Virus record (IMG/VR): IMGVR_UViG_3300046011_010503
Coordinates: 1-54,007 of that record
DNA from: a virus
Taxonomy: Duplodnaviria; Caudoviricetes
Reading direction: 5' to 3' (one strand)
Length of the DNA: 54,007 bases
Shown here: positions 34,772 through 44,307 of the stretch, piece by piece
Position numbering within the stretch: position 1 is the first letter of the stretch
Layout: the number at the start of each line of letters is the position of its first letter
Notes under the pieces: generated by a model
Told to the model about the DNA's origin: nothing
The model's database searches: none
What the model saw: the letters and a program-made list of their open reading frames with translations, nothing else
Translations under genes and position numbers: made by a program

Positions 34772-36874
34772 TTAAGTCACTGCTATTTCGTTTTGTAACT
34801 TTGTCGGACTCACTTGCTGCACATCTGGAGGCGGAAGGTTTGGGTTTGGACCTTGACCTTGCCCTTGTCCTCCAGGAACTCCACCGCCCTGCCCTCCTGC
34901 GACACCGGGCTCTGCTGCAGAGAGGGCATTTTCTGCTTGCATTGCCTTAAGTTTGAGGTTTGCTATGGACGCTCTCATATTCCACTCTGCCAGTTCGAGC
35001 TCGATTTTATTAAACCCTTTGAGCTCTTCTTTGTCGTCCGGAGGAATATTTGGCATTGCCCCGACAATCAAAGAACCAAGCTTTGTTATGGTTAACTGCT
35101 GCGTTGGAGGAAGCGCTCTCATTAAATCTGAGGCAACTGCCATTGTTTCCATCTGGCGAGTAGGGCTGTCATCAGACTCGGTGATTATGACTTTGTGCCG
35201 AAACTCTTTAAGCCGGCGCATGTCATTTTCAATCGACAAAACCCCATCGCTGATTTTGTATTCATTGATTTTGAATGACTTTTTATTTCTGGGGTCGTAG
35301 AACTCTCTTTCCACACCGTCACCATATGTGGTTTGAGCCTGCATGAGGTAGGCTTCACCAATTTCATTCCACCAGTTTTTGAGTGATTCGTATATGGTGT
35401 ATTGCTCAATGTCGCTCTGCATTTTTTTCTGGCGAAATAGCACGCCACTCTCGGAGCTGCTCTCTACCTGTCCTCGGGACGCCGGAGAAACTTTTGATAT
35501 CCTGGGCCACATAACATCAATAATGTGCTGGAGCTGATTGGCTATGTCGGAATTGAAGCTGCTTTTTGACACCGGCACCGCAGGACCATTTGGATATCTC
35601 TGAAGCATCCCAGGTTTCATGCGGAAAACAGCCTGTGGATTATTGCGCTCGCTTATATAGCGTGCAGCCTCCTCGGGAGACTCAAACGCATCTGCATCAA
35701 TGAGCTGCGCTCCCCCTCCACCCTCAGTCTGGATTTTGTGAATGACCATGGCAGAGAGGTAATTGACGTTGAGCTGAGCGTCTATAAGGGACTCAATGAC
35801 TCCTTTAGACTCTCCGTTGAGTCGGTGAGCGGCCCACGGGAAAAACTGCAGTCTTCCGCACTGTATCTCTGTTGGTGCCTCTTCGAGAATAAGCTGCATT
35901 GAAAGAGAGGGACACAGAGCGGTCATATACTGAATCTTTTCGCAATCCTCTTCCTCAAAAATTGACTCGGGAGACCAGTCGGAAACATTCTCGTTGAGCC
36001 ACAAAACCTTTTCTGTAAGATCTTTGAGATCAGACGGAATGTCTACTCGACCTTTATCGTTGGTATTGGTCAGGCAATACTCAGTCTTTGTGTAAACTTT
36101 ACGGACCTCATACTGCAAAATCACACGATACGATTGTCCCCAGGCTGGATGAGAGAGATCAAAAGGGAATATTCCAGCATTGTCGCCGTACTCGTCACCC
36201 ATTTCATTCTGACGCTTTATCTCGGTCTCTATGGTTGCGCGAATGCCATCATCGAGCTTTCCGAGTGTGGCAAAAGCTATTTCGTTGCGTTTCTTCACAA
36301 AGGTTTCCATCATCTCCAAAGGAGTCATCCAGCGTACTGCCCAGCATTTTTTACAATCCCTCTGGCGGGAAGACTTCCAAGTTGGGTCAAAAACAACTGT
36401 CCCTGGCATGCAGGACCGAAACCCGATGTTTCCGGATTTTGAATAATCCCGATCGATATACATTTCCATAATAGATTTGCCAACAAGCCCTCGAATCACA
36501 TGCTCGTAGTAGGCTTGATTGCTGTCCAGAAGCTCCCAATCAGCCATAAACATTGATTTTGTTTTATAGGTGAGGGAATTGGCTTCACTGTTTACAGGTG
36601 AAAAATCAACAGAGAACGGCGTCTTCATGATTCCACCGGCAATATTGTCGAGAGTAGGGCCGCACAGATTATATGTGGCAATATGTCTGCCCTCTCTGGT
36701 CATTTTATCGATTGCGATGTCAGGCCACTGGCCCTTATCAATTCCCCAGTAAAAGCGAAATGCGGTCTGTAGGCGGGCGAGCTCTTTTTCATCGTGAATA
36801 ACAGCACGTGAAAACTCCGAGTTGAGCTTCATGGCTTTTTCTGATGATGATAACTCTCTGAGGGTAAATTTCAT
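34772..36874 (-). CDS. Portal protein (P22-like)
   Basis: 700 aa; FYWG...QW, GVIESLIDAQ..VN, SRGQ...ESG; C-terminal helical barrel and G/Q/P-rich tail. Confidence 0.85.
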   Translation of the reverse strand: MKFTLRELSSSEKAMKLNSEFSRAVIHDEKELARLQTAFRFYWGIDKGQWPDIAIDKMTREGRHIATYNLCGPTLDNIAGGIMKTPFSVDFSPVNSEANSLTYKTKSMFMADWELLDSNQAYYEHVIRGLVGKSIMEMYIDRDYSKSGNIGFRSCMPGTVVFDPTWKSSRQRDCKKCWAVRWMTPLEMMETFVKKRNEIAFATLGKLDDGIRATIETEIKRQNEMGDEYGDNAGIFPFDLSHPAWGQSYRVILQYEVRKVYTKTEYCLTNTNDKGRVDIPSDLKDLTEKVLWLNENVSDWSPESIFEEEDCEKIQYMTALCPSLSMQLILEEAPTEIQCGRLQFFPWAAHRLNGESKGVIESLIDAQLNVNYLSAMVIHKIQTEGGGGAQLIDADAFESPEEAARYISERNNPQAVFRMKPGMLQRYPNGPAVPVSKSSFNSDIANQLQHIIDVMWPRISKVSPASRGQVESSSESGVLFRQKKMQSDIEQYTIYESLKNWWNEIGEAYLMQAQTTYGDGVEREFYDPRNKKSFKINEYKISDGVLSIENDMRRLKEFRHKVIITESDDSPTRQMETMAVASDLMRALPPTQQLTITKLGSLIVGAMPNIPPDDKEELKGFNKIELELAEWNMRASIANLKLKAMQAENALSAAEPGVAGGQGGGVPGGQGQGQGPNPNLPPPDVQQVSPTKLQNEIAVT

Positions 36875-36875
36875 T

Positions 36876-37136
36876 TTATAGGACCGCCCTTACATTGTCG
36901 TCAAGATAATCGGCATCGTCGTGATGTTGACCTACCTGTATGACATTACCGAGATCTGTTTGCGCAACCTCGATCATCCGAACGTCGTGGCGATCGTGAT
37001 CTTTATAGTTGCGGCACAGGAATTGAACAGCCCCTAGCATATCGCATGCTATGTTGCCCAAAAAAGCTCCACATGGCCCTCGGTGCGTCTGCTCCAGGCA
37101 GCGGATCTGTTTGTATTTTGGTTTGTCTTGTGGCAT
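36876..37136 (-). CDS. Com-like zinc-ribbon protein
   Basis: IRC...CGAFLG...FLCR...H resembles Mu Com-family spacing; first gene of the portal operon. Confidence 0.55.
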   Translation of the reverse strand: MPQDKPKYKQIRCLEQTHRGPCGAFLGNIACDMLGAVQFLCRNYKDHDRHDVRMIEVAQTDLGNVIQVGQHHDDADYLDDNVRAVL

Positions 37137-37150
37137 ATAGTTTTGCCCAT

Positions 37151-37187
37151 AAAAAAAGGCATAGCAGTCTTGCGGCTGCTATACCTT
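37151..37187 (-). terminator. Intrinsic terminator/attenuator about 15 nt upstream of the Com-like/portal operon
   Basis: AAGGTATAGCAGCC-GCAA-GACTGCTATGCC-TTTTTTT (GNRA loop, 7 U). Confidence 0.85.
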
Positions 37188-37289
37188 ATCAGGAAACCCC
37201 GATACACGGCGATGCGTCAGGGACATGGGATCACTCACATTATTGTTTGATTATTGTAAAATTCCCTCCCTGACATTAAGATCGCCGTT
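37151..37289 (-). ncRNA. Putative ~140-nt structured leader or small RNA
   Basis: Nested stems ACGGCGAT/ATCGCCGT (37281-37288 with 37206-37213), TGTCAGGGA/TCCCTGACG, GGGA/TCCC; hairpin TATCGGG/CCTGATA; then terminator; lies directly behind a sigma70-type promoter. Confidence 0.65.
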
Positions 37290-37295
37290 ATTGAA

Positions 37296-37324
37296 ATAAT
37301 AGTTTATGTGATGCGTTTTTGCAA
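37296..37324 (-). promoter_or_regulatory. Sigma70-type promoter
   Basis: TTGCAA-17 nt-TATTAT. Confidence 0.7.
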
Positions 37325-37337
37325 CAAATAATTATAG

Positions 37338-37537
37338 TTTTGCACAAAATAATTTTAGTTCGTTGCGAATTTGCAACAGAATATCGGTGGGTTTTTGATG
37401 GTTTATACAGCTATAGAGCCATGTTGATAACGTGTTGATAATTGATTTTTGCTGTTTTTATGGGGTTTTAAGTGGGTGTTTTTGTGGGTTATTATAGAAA
37501 TATGAATAAAATAAGTGGTTTTCCTGATTGTGGAAAA
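37338..37537. promoter_or_regulatory. DnaA-box-like cluster in AT-rich intergenic DNA
   Basis: TTTTGCACA 37338, TGTTGATAA 37422 and 37433, TGTGGAAAA 37529. Confidence 0.4.
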
Positions 37538-37567
37538 CTAAAGTATTTAACATAAAATTAACAATGC

Positions 37568-37729
37568 TTAACTGCTGAGCGCTTCACCACATTTTGGGCA
37601 GCGATCGTATTTGACGTCGGGTGGAGCCGACATGACAGGGGTGCCAGTTTGACTCAAGCGAACCTCGTAGGTAACATTGGAATTTGCGGGATGGACATCA
37701 TGTCCGAGAACATGGTCACAATTTTTCAT
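37568..37729 (-). CDS. 53-aa Zn-ribbon-like protein (below ORF-track cutoff)
   Basis: Hand translation MKNCDH...RCPKCGEALSS; GAGG RBS. Confidence 0.6.
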   Translation of the reverse strand: MKNCDHVLGHDVHPANSNVTYEVRLSQTGTPVMSAPPDVKYDRCPKCGEALSS

Positions 37730-37830
37730 AAAAACCTCGCTTGCTGGTCTATGGGTAGGGTAATGAGTACACCCTCGCAGTATTTGGAGGAGAAAGAAGA
37801 GGGGTTGTTTCTAGCCCCTCTGTGTGATTG

Positions 37831-38181
37831 TTAGACAGACCCTTTTACTGTAGATAAAAACTCTACCCAAGTGCGCCCTAGGAGTTTTACTGAGTGTTGA
37901 TCAGGCCATCGGTGTAGCGACACTTCACTGAGTAACTCGTGGTTCTCCCACAAATCTTCTTCGTCGCAGTTAGTAAAATACTGTCCGCCAGCCTCATCCT
38001 TCCAATACAGTTTTGGTCCATGCATGAGATAACATCCGGGTTTATCTGACCGGTAAATATGCAGCTCCTGGCGAGGCCCCTTTATTGGGGGATAACTGGA
38101 TGAACGATCTTCTTGCCTCTCAATCCACCCCTGGACCAGCGCCCAGATGAGGGATGGTTGATAATCTCGTTGTGTTGCCAT
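37831..38181 (-). CDS. Hypothetical protein
   Basis: Start re-set to MATQRDY (AGGAG RBS). Confidence 0.6.
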   Translation of the reverse strand: MATQRDYQPSLIWALVQGWIERQEDRSSSYPPIKGPRQELHIYRSDKPGCYLMHGPKLYWKDEAGGQYFTNCDEEDLWENHELLSEVSLHRWPDQHSVKLLGRTWVEFLSTVKGSV

Positions 38182-38224
38182 GTTTGTACTCCTGTAGGTT
38201 AAAAAATGAAAAGCATTGCCAACC

Positions 38225-38395
38225 TTATGCGATCTCATGCGATGCAGGATACACAATTGTGGTATAATCTCTATCCTCGATTAGTCCGTCCTCAGGAAGG
38301 GTATAGCCACAATCTACGATCGCTTTTACCATTTCAACAACGGTATTAAAAAGTACCGGCTCTCCAAACTGTTCATTGATATTTTTTACTGACAT
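38225..38395 (-). CDS. Hypothetical protein
   Basis: Start re-set to MSVKNINEQF (GGAGG RBS). Confidence 0.55.
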   Translation of the reverse strand: MSVKNINEQFGEPVLFNTVVEMVKAIVDCGYTLPEDGLIEDRDYTTIVYPASHEIA

Positions 38396-38396
38396 T

Positions 38397-38675
38397 TTAA
38401 ACCTCCAGCCACTTGACGTTGTGACTTCCGAGTCCGCCACACTGGCAGTCAGACATGCCGCACAAATTACGCTCAACTTTGGCGTACTGATAATCGGACA
38501 GCAAGTCGTACCATGACACTAAAAAACCTGCTCCATAAGGCTCGCAGCAGGCGTCAAAGCGGGCCTTGCTTACACGTACAGTTACGGAGTTTAGGGCGTT
38601 GTGAAACCCACCCCATATTTCTATTTTTGTTGTTTTTTGAGTAACTGAAGTTGAAGGGGATTTTGAGAGGCTCAT
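38397..38675 (-). CDS. Hypothetical Cys-rich protein
   Basis: LCGMSDCQCG; first gene behind the 38.8 kb promoter. Confidence 0.6.
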   Translation of the reverse strand: MSLSKSPSTSVTQKTTKIEIWGGFHNALNSVTVRVSKARFDACCEPYGAGFLVSWYDLLSDYQYAKVERNLCGMSDCQCGGLGSHNVKWLEV

Positions 38676-38782
38676 ACATTATCCAGTCTGCCATTACCGG
38701 TTGGCGCCGTTGCGTGTTGTACAGTCCCGCTCTGCTGCCTGTATCGGTCAGGCTCCGTGGTTCATCGTGTGAACGTTGTGAT

Positions 38783-38811
38783 AATATAACACCATCTCAA
38801 TTAAAAGTCAA
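38783..38811 (-). promoter_or_regulatory. Sigma70-type promoter for a moron-like block of small genes
   Basis: TTGACT-17 nt-TATATT. Confidence 0.7.
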
Positions 38812-38849
38812 TAGCTAATTGCGTCAATTTACTAAATAAATTAAGTCCT

Positions 38850-40544
38850 CTACCTGAAAAGCGTTGGCAAATACTTCTTAATTGTCAATATGTCCTGGTT
38901 GTACTTCCCGCAAATTTCCATCATGCGCTGTAGCTCTTTATCGCGCATCATGTCTGCTAATAAAATTGAATCCTCTGCAGACATGCTTCCCCATGCCTGT
39001 TTTGCTTTTGCGCAGTGGCGCACAGTGCCCAGGTGCGTGCCGTGGTTGCGCCATAGTTTCGAAACTCCGTGCGGAGGAAGTGTCAAACCCGACATAACCA
39101 CAACATCTCCAAGCGTCCACTCGTCATGTCCGTACTGCAGCAGAAATTCTGGATGCATGGTTATTCGCATAATTTCCATATCACGGGCTTCTTTCGTGAT
39201 TTTCCACCATGCCTTATTAACAAAGTGTATGGCTGCCATGCGAACATGGCAACTTAATTGCTTATCTCCATACTTGAAAAATTCTCCCTGACGGTCATCA
39301 ATTATCCAATTTTCGTAGAATCTGGTCCGGTCGCGCTCCAGGTGGGTTGCATGCTGGTCAACAATGCTGTATTCTTCCTTGCGCATCATCATATCAATGT
39401 CGGCAATGTAGGTGTAGTCTTGTCCCTCATCCCAATCATACAGAAGACGCATTGATGCAGCCTGCAGGCCGGTTAAAATTACGGGGAGCTCTACAATCTC
39501 GATCCCGGGCGGCGTAATAGCCCGCAGCTCATCAGGGTACTTTCCGGACACAGCTACTTTAATCTTCTGTGCAATAGGCTGCAGGGTGGCGTAGTGTGCG
39601 AATAGCGGGATGTATGCAGCGTACTTCTCGTCAACCATGGTTGCGATTAAGAGTGAGCCATCGTGCCGGTCGAATGGCGGGCGCTTTTTCTTGGGAGGCT
39701 CGACCAGCTCCACACTCGGCACGCGCTTGGGCTGGGCTGCATGATAGAGCTCCCATGCGCAGACAATTGGCAACCCCTGCACGTCGGGAGGCAGATCGCT
39801 TATTCCAACCTGTTTTACCCGCTTCCATGCAGTTCTGGCCTGGTTAACCCAATGTAAGTCAAAACCGGATGGCAATGCGTTCCATACATCCTCAACCCAA
39901 TCCCGGGTTCCTCGCATTGGCTCACCATCAGTTTGTGTTGATGATGTAACTTTTCCAATTACATCACCCAAGGAATTTCTCACGCCAGTGAAATGGTCCA
40001 TTTTGACACCAGGAATAAAGAGCTTATTGATTATTTTTGACCCTCGAGGTCCGGACATAGCAACACCAGGACGGACCAGCACGGTTGGGCGGCATGGTTC
40101 GGGTGGGAATACCTGGTAGAATGGTGATTTGAGGTAGGTGTTAATTTCGCAGCAGTATGCGTCTGCAGGGTGCTCTTCAGCGTATCTTAGTAGCTGTGTG
40201 AGATCCATGTGCCGCCATACCTCGTCAGTATCAACAATTAGATAGAGAACTGCTTGCGGGTAGCGCGCTGCAGCTATTTCCAGTGCCTTTAAATATTGCA
40301 GGTCTTGGTCAGGGCAGTCGAAATTCTCCTCATAGATTTTAGACAGATAATCAGCTGGCCCCCAATCAGTGCGCTTTTCGAAGTACTTCTCCACTGCTGC
40401 TTTAACGGTGTTTCCGCACTCACCGTTCCAACCCAACTCTGAGTGCAGCAGTATAACGCCTGAAACGTGAGGGAGAACAGAGTCAAGCATCGCCTGAACA
40501 AATTCGTGCCCGCGGAATGTTTTGCAAATTGCTATGACTTCCAT
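38850..40544 (-). CDS. Two-domain glycosyltransferase (GT-A folds)
   Basis: N-terminal LIVDTDE (GT2-like DxD); C-terminal YIADIDM...HDE (second DxD domain). Confidence 0.7.
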   Translation of the reverse strand: MEVIAICKTFRGHEFVQAMLDSVLPHVSGVILLHSELGWNGECGNTVKAAVEKYFEKRTDWGPADYLSKIYEENFDCPDQDLQYLKALEIAAARYPQAVLYLIVDTDEVWRHMDLTQLLRYAEEHPADAYCCEINTYLKSPFYQVFPPEPCRPTVLVRPGVAMSGPRGSKIINKLFIPGVKMDHFTGVRNSLGDVIGKVTSSTQTDGEPMRGTRDWVEDVWNALPSGFDLHWVNQARTAWKRVKQVGISDLPPDVQGLPIVCAWELYHAAQPKRVPSVELVEPPKKKRPPFDRHDGSLLIATMVDEKYAAYIPLFAHYATLQPIAQKIKVAVSGKYPDELRAITPPGIEIVELPVILTGLQAASMRLLYDWDEGQDYTYIADIDMMMRKEEYSIVDQHATHLERDRTRFYENWIIDDRQGEFFKYGDKQLSCHVRMAAIHFVNKAWWKITKEARDMEIMRITMHPEFLLQYGHDEWTLGDVVVMSGLTLPPHGVSKLWRNHGTHLGTVRHCAKAKQAWGSMSAEDSILLADMMRDKELQRMMEICGKYNQDILTIKKYLPTLFR

Positions 40545-41060
40545 TTAACTCCCCAATATGTTAAATAATACAGCAAACCAAAATCCAACGATACAACCCA
40601 AGGTAATTCCAGCTGTAAACAATTCTTTCCTCGACCACGATGAGGGTGTTGTGAAGCGACTCAAAATCTTTTTCATAAATAGCGATAGCTTTTCAGGTAA
40701 ATTTTCTGTTTGCGGCACCTTTGAAGCGTATGGACCATCAACAGCAACATATGAGGAGCTGGGAGGTTGAGCAAAATATTTCTCTTTTGTTCGTAACCTA
40801 TAATTATCAAGAGCGATTGCAACAGTTAGAGAATCGTCTGATCTGCAGTAACAATTTTTACAATAAACACTATATGTAAATCCTTTGCCATATTCACTTG
40901 GGTTTTTTACAAATGTTAGCTTTCCTACTGCGCCACATAAACACCGATCTGACAGTGTTTTAAAAAAATTACTAACATGATCATATGTAAAAAAACGATT
41001 CTGTGTAACCTCAAAATCTACTAAGGTGTTTTCATAATAATAAGCTTTACTGCTATTCAT
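40545..41060 (-). CDS. Zn-ribbon protein with C-terminal TM segment
   Basis: CLCG...YCKNC; LFTAGITLGCIVGFWFAVLF. Confidence 0.55.
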   Translation of the reverse strand: MNSSKAYYYENTLVDFEVTQNRFFTYDHVSNFFKTLSDRCLCGAVGKLTFVKNPSEYGKGFTYSVYCKNCYCRSDDSLTVAIALDNYRLRTKEKYFAQPPSSSYVAVDGPYASKVPQTENLPEKLSLFMKKILSRFTTPSSWSRKELFTAGITLGCIVGFWFAVLFNILGS

Positions 41061-41430
41061 AATTCACCGCCTTTTTTGTGTGTTCCCCATCATCAATAGA
41101 ATGAAAATGTCTGTTCGGGTGCTCCCCCTCAACAAATTCCAGCAATGCAGTATTTGCCACATCGACCAGGTGTTCAAGATTGCCGGTCTGCACGTATTTG
41201 TCCAGGCGTCTCCGGATTGATGCAACCCTATCATATCTTGGCTTTGCCGGGTCGCCAAGCAGCCCATACCGAAAAGCGCCCATCACCAGCCGATTGCGCA
41301 TGAGCGTTTCGAATTTTGGGCTCCACTCGGATTGCTGCAGAGATTCCAGCGCAGGAACCTGGCGCGGCTTTTCCTCATCCATACCGGCCAGCACTCGCCA
41401 GGCATTGCGCAAAAAATCAGCACCGGTCAT
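41053..41430 (-). CDS. Conserved phage protein, possibly all-alpha NTP-pyrophosphatase-like
   Basis: GAFRYG...GNLEHLVDVAN..LLEF. Confidence 0.5.
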   Translation of the reverse strand: MTGADFLRNAWRVLAGMDEEKPRQVPALESLQQSEWSPKFETLMRNRLVMGAFRYGLLGDPAKPRYDRVASIRRRLDKYVQTGNLEHLVDVANTALLEFVEGEHPNRHFHSIDDGEHTKKAVNYE

Positions 41431-42050
41431 TGCGGCACCACCAAATCATCAAACACCACCGGCAGCAGCTGTTTGAATCTCTCCAACATCGGCACCGTTA
41501 TCTCAAGCATCTGCGGGTGAGGCTTCCCACTAGTACCAACGGTACGCAATCTGAAGAAATGCCGCCACTGCCGGAGGTTGTAGGTGCAGACAATTTCTGT
41601 TTTGAGCGAGTTAGGTAGCACCGCCCGGGCCTGTTGCGGGGAGGCTCCACCAGCCAACAGGTCCAGGTATGACGTCTCGGCAATTGCCATGGCTGCATAC
41701 CACAGAACAAAATTGGGGTGGCTATCATCCCAGAAACAGGGCTTAATAAATTCAACCCCGCCACTATAATTGCAGTACCTCGTTGACTCCTGGGAGTATG
41801 ATCCTATCCGGTGCCGAACCAGCTCGTGGGACACCCCGCGATCACAGATTATTTTGACAGAGATAGATTGGTGCTCCAGCACTGACTCGTGACCTCGGGA
41901 GATCAGGTTTTTGACAAATTTTAAACTGCCATCTGCAGTATGCCTATCTTCAGACTTGTAGCACACTCGACCAGCAACTTCAATATCCCTCAACATTTGC
42001 TCGTGATTGATCCATGTCAGTATCTCAAATCCTGCATTTACAATTTTCAC
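41427..42050 (-). CDS. thyX: FAD-dependent thymidylate synthase
   Basis: GHESVLEH, RGVSHELVRHRIGSYSQESTRY, ARAVLPN, NLRQWRHFFRLR, HPQM. Confidence 0.95.
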   Translation of the reverse strand: MKIVNAGFEILTWINHEQMLRDIEVAGRVCYKSEDRHTADGSLKFVKNLISRGHESVLEHQSISVKIICDRGVSHELVRHRIGSYSQESTRYCNYSGGVEFIKPCFWDDSHPNFVLWYAAMAIAETSYLDLLAGGASPQQARAVLPNSLKTEIVCTYNLRQWRHFFRLRTVGTSGKPHPQMLEITVPMLERFKQLLPVVFDDLVVPQ

Positions 42051-42065
42051 AACTCTCCGCCTTTG

Positions 42066-42689
42066 TTAGAATTTTTTTCCGCCGTGTTTGTGGCCTCTGT
42101 TTTTATTGAACTCGTTTTTTGCAATGATAGCTTCAGCCACTCGCAAGTGCTCCTTTTCTGCGTAATCCATAATTCTGATTACCACATCTGCAAGCTCTTC
42201 CTCAATTCCTAAAAAATCAGGGATATGGTCAGAGTGCAAAAGAGTGCCATTGCGTGCCCACTCCAAAGCCTCGCTCAATTCAGAATGACACAACGCAATA
42301 AAGGCTGGAAAGTTGATTGTGCTTTCGTGCCATCCGTTGTCTACAGATGTTAGGTAGCACTGGAATTGCTTTTTGTTCCAAACCTCCAGAAAGGCGTCTG
42401 CTGATTTTGAAAGGTTAATGCCGGCAGCTTCTAATATTTCCTTTTTTCTCTTCTCAAGCGCCGACTTAACCCATTCATTCCAGGCAAGCACCAGGTCGGC
42501 TGGTTTTGTGCCAGAAAACTCTTTGCCACATTGTGAGCATTTTATTATATACGCTACGCTTCCCACTTGAGGGTAAACACGAGCAGAGCACTTTAGGGAT
42601 TCTCCGCTGCAATAGCATTTTTTTGCAGTGTTTTGAATTTCGCTAATAATGTCAAGAACATCGCGATAACCTTCTGTGTGTTTGTTCAC
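42066..42689 (-). CDS. Zn-ribbon plus MazG-like nucleotide pyrophosphohydrolase
   Basis: CYC...CSQC...AWN; IALCHSELSEALE...EEELADVVIRIMD...KNEFNKNRGHKHG. Confidence 0.8.
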   Translation of the reverse strand: MNKHTEGYRDVLDIISEIQNTAKKCYCSGESLKCSARVYPQVGSVAYIIKCSQCGKEFSGTKPADLVLAWNEWVKSALEKRKKEILEAAGINLSKSADAFLEVWNKKQFQCYLTSVDNGWHESTINFPAFIALCHSELSEALEWARNGTLLHSDHIPDFLGIEEELADVVIRIMDYAEKEHLRVAEAIIAKNEFNKNRGHKHGGKKF

Positions 42690-43714
42690 ACATACCCCCT
42701 CGTAGCATTAAACGGATTCTGGTCAAACAAATATCCGGGATCAAAAAACTCTCTTCCTAAATCAAGAATCGACGCAATAGAAATATCAAGAGGTGTTAAC
42801 CCGGCACCATCAAACCCCGAAGCGTAAATTTTATTCCAGCCGCCGCAATGTATTCTGAGAGCGCAACTCAAACACGGACTGGTTGTAATAGCAACCCCGT
42901 CACCCAGCTCGCACGCAGAACGCCATAGTTTAGCTAGTTGTTCCCCGCAATGCCCGTTGTCCCATTCGCCCGGGTCGTAGAGCACATACCGCGCATTGGT
43001 CACGTACGGCCAGTATTTGGGCTTTAAATGGCACATCGGGAAATAGCGCAGCGTCACAAACCGCCCGGCGTCCAGAATCATGTCAATGCACTGCTCCATG
43101 AGTGGTGCCAAAACCCTCGGATCCACCGCAACCTGGCGCAGCTTCTCCGGATCCGACCACTCGTAGTGCGGCAGAAAATTGAGCAACACGACGTGATACG
43201 CACCATGGTCAATAATGGTTTGGACAATTTCAGGTAGCTGTTTGTAGTTGTCCTGCTGCAGCGTAGTGTTGGATCGCCAGGGGAGTTTTGTCTCTTTGAG
43301 ATACTCCATGATCGCCATTTGTTTTCCGGCTGCAGCGCTGGATCCGGATATTTTATTTATCACCGATCCTATTCCATGAATTGACAAGTGCAGATGGTTA
43401 ATGCCAGCATCAAATAAGTCTTGATAGTACTCGGGGTCTGCGGTGCCGTTGGTAATTATTGAGCTAGTCATACCCTCATTTTTTACCGCCTCGACCCACG
43501 GCACCAGGTGAGGCCAGAGTGTCGGCTCTCCCCAGCCAACAATAACTGAATGGTCACACCCACGGTCCTTACCCTCTCTGACTTGCTGCATTATGGTTTC
43601 CAGGGGAATGTCTATTGCCTGGTTGAACCCTGGGGAGTGCCGGTAAAAGCACTGTTGACATTTCCAGTTGCAGCGCTTTGTAACTTCAACGCCTATCCGC
43701 CTGCATTGATTCAT
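42686..43714 (-). CDS. Radical SAM protein with C-terminal Cys cluster
   Basis: CNWKCQQC, GWGEPTL, ITNG, CLSC...HCGG. Confidence 0.9.
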   Translation of the reverse strand: MNQCRRIGVEVTKRCNWKCQQCFYRHSPGFNQAIDIPLETIMQQVREGKDRGCDHSVIVGWGEPTLWPHLVPWVEAVKNEGMTSSIITNGTADPEYYQDLFDAGINHLHLSIHGIGSVINKISGSSAAAGKQMAIMEYLKETKLPWRSNTTLQQDNYKQLPEIVQTIIDHGAYHVVLLNFLPHYEWSDPEKLRQVAVDPRVLAPLMEQCIDMILDAGRFVTLRYFPMCHLKPKYWPYVTNARYVLYDPGEWDNGHCGEQLAKLWRSACELGDGVAITTSPCLSCALRIHCGGWNKIYASGFDGAGLTPLDISIASILDLGREFFDPGYLFDQNPFNATRGYV

Positions 43715-44307
43715 TTCTCAACCCCTTTAGTCACAATTTTCATCCAACTCGAGTCCATGAAAAGCAGATCAGGAACACCGATTGTATCGTTCACAGCATT
43801 AACAACCTCGATGTGGTCTTCTAAATGCGTCGCCGTTGCATCGTAATCGTGCCCACCAATAACACTTACGCCTAAATGAAGAAGTGGGTGCCATGAGTTT
43901 ATGTCTGACACCACATTCTTGTAATCGTGGGCGGCATCGATATAGATAGTTCCGAAATTTTTTCCTGAATTTACAAAGCCTTGAGCGGCCTCCGCACTTG
44001 AAAGCTTTACTTTTGTAAAACTCCCTTCAAAACGAGCCATTCTATCGTCAAAGATTTCTTCTGGGCCCTTCTCTCCTTCTTTCAAGCTGAAATACGTTCT
44101 GTCCCAAATATCAACGAAATATTTTGGGCCAGTAAAAATCTGTGCAAACACCTCTGAGGCTTCGCCAGAAAAACAACCAATCTCCACAAAAGGGCACTCT
44201 CTTAAATATTCTGGAACGTGAATACAAAAGTCAATCAGCCCAGTTAGATAAAGCGGACCTGTCCGGTGAAACCTCGGCTTTGTCGTATCAATAAACGGTT
44301 TAAGCAT
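43711..44307 (-). CDS. Class I SAM-dependent methyltransferase (Methyltransf_24-like)
   Basis: VEIGCFSGEAS, IYIDAAHDYKNV..D, GGHDY; start re-set to MLKPF. Confidence 0.85.
   Translation of the reverse strand: MLKPFIDTTKPRFHRTGPLYLTGLIDFCIHVPEYLRECPFVEIGCFSGEASEVFAQIFTGPKYFVDIWDRTYFSLKEGEKGPEEIFDDRMARFEGSFTKVKLSSAEAAQGFVNSGKNFGTIYIDAAHDYKNVVSDINSWHPLLHLGVSVIGGHDYDATATHLEDHIEVVNAVNDTIGVPDLLFMDSSWMKIVTKGVEK

Noticed and set aside
37151-37289. Known c-di-GMP-I/II riboswitch or tRNA
   Set aside because: I could not find the c-di-GMP-I GGCAAA/GNRA-receptor pattern, a kink-turn, or a cloverleaf with T-loop by eye; a cmscan is still needed.
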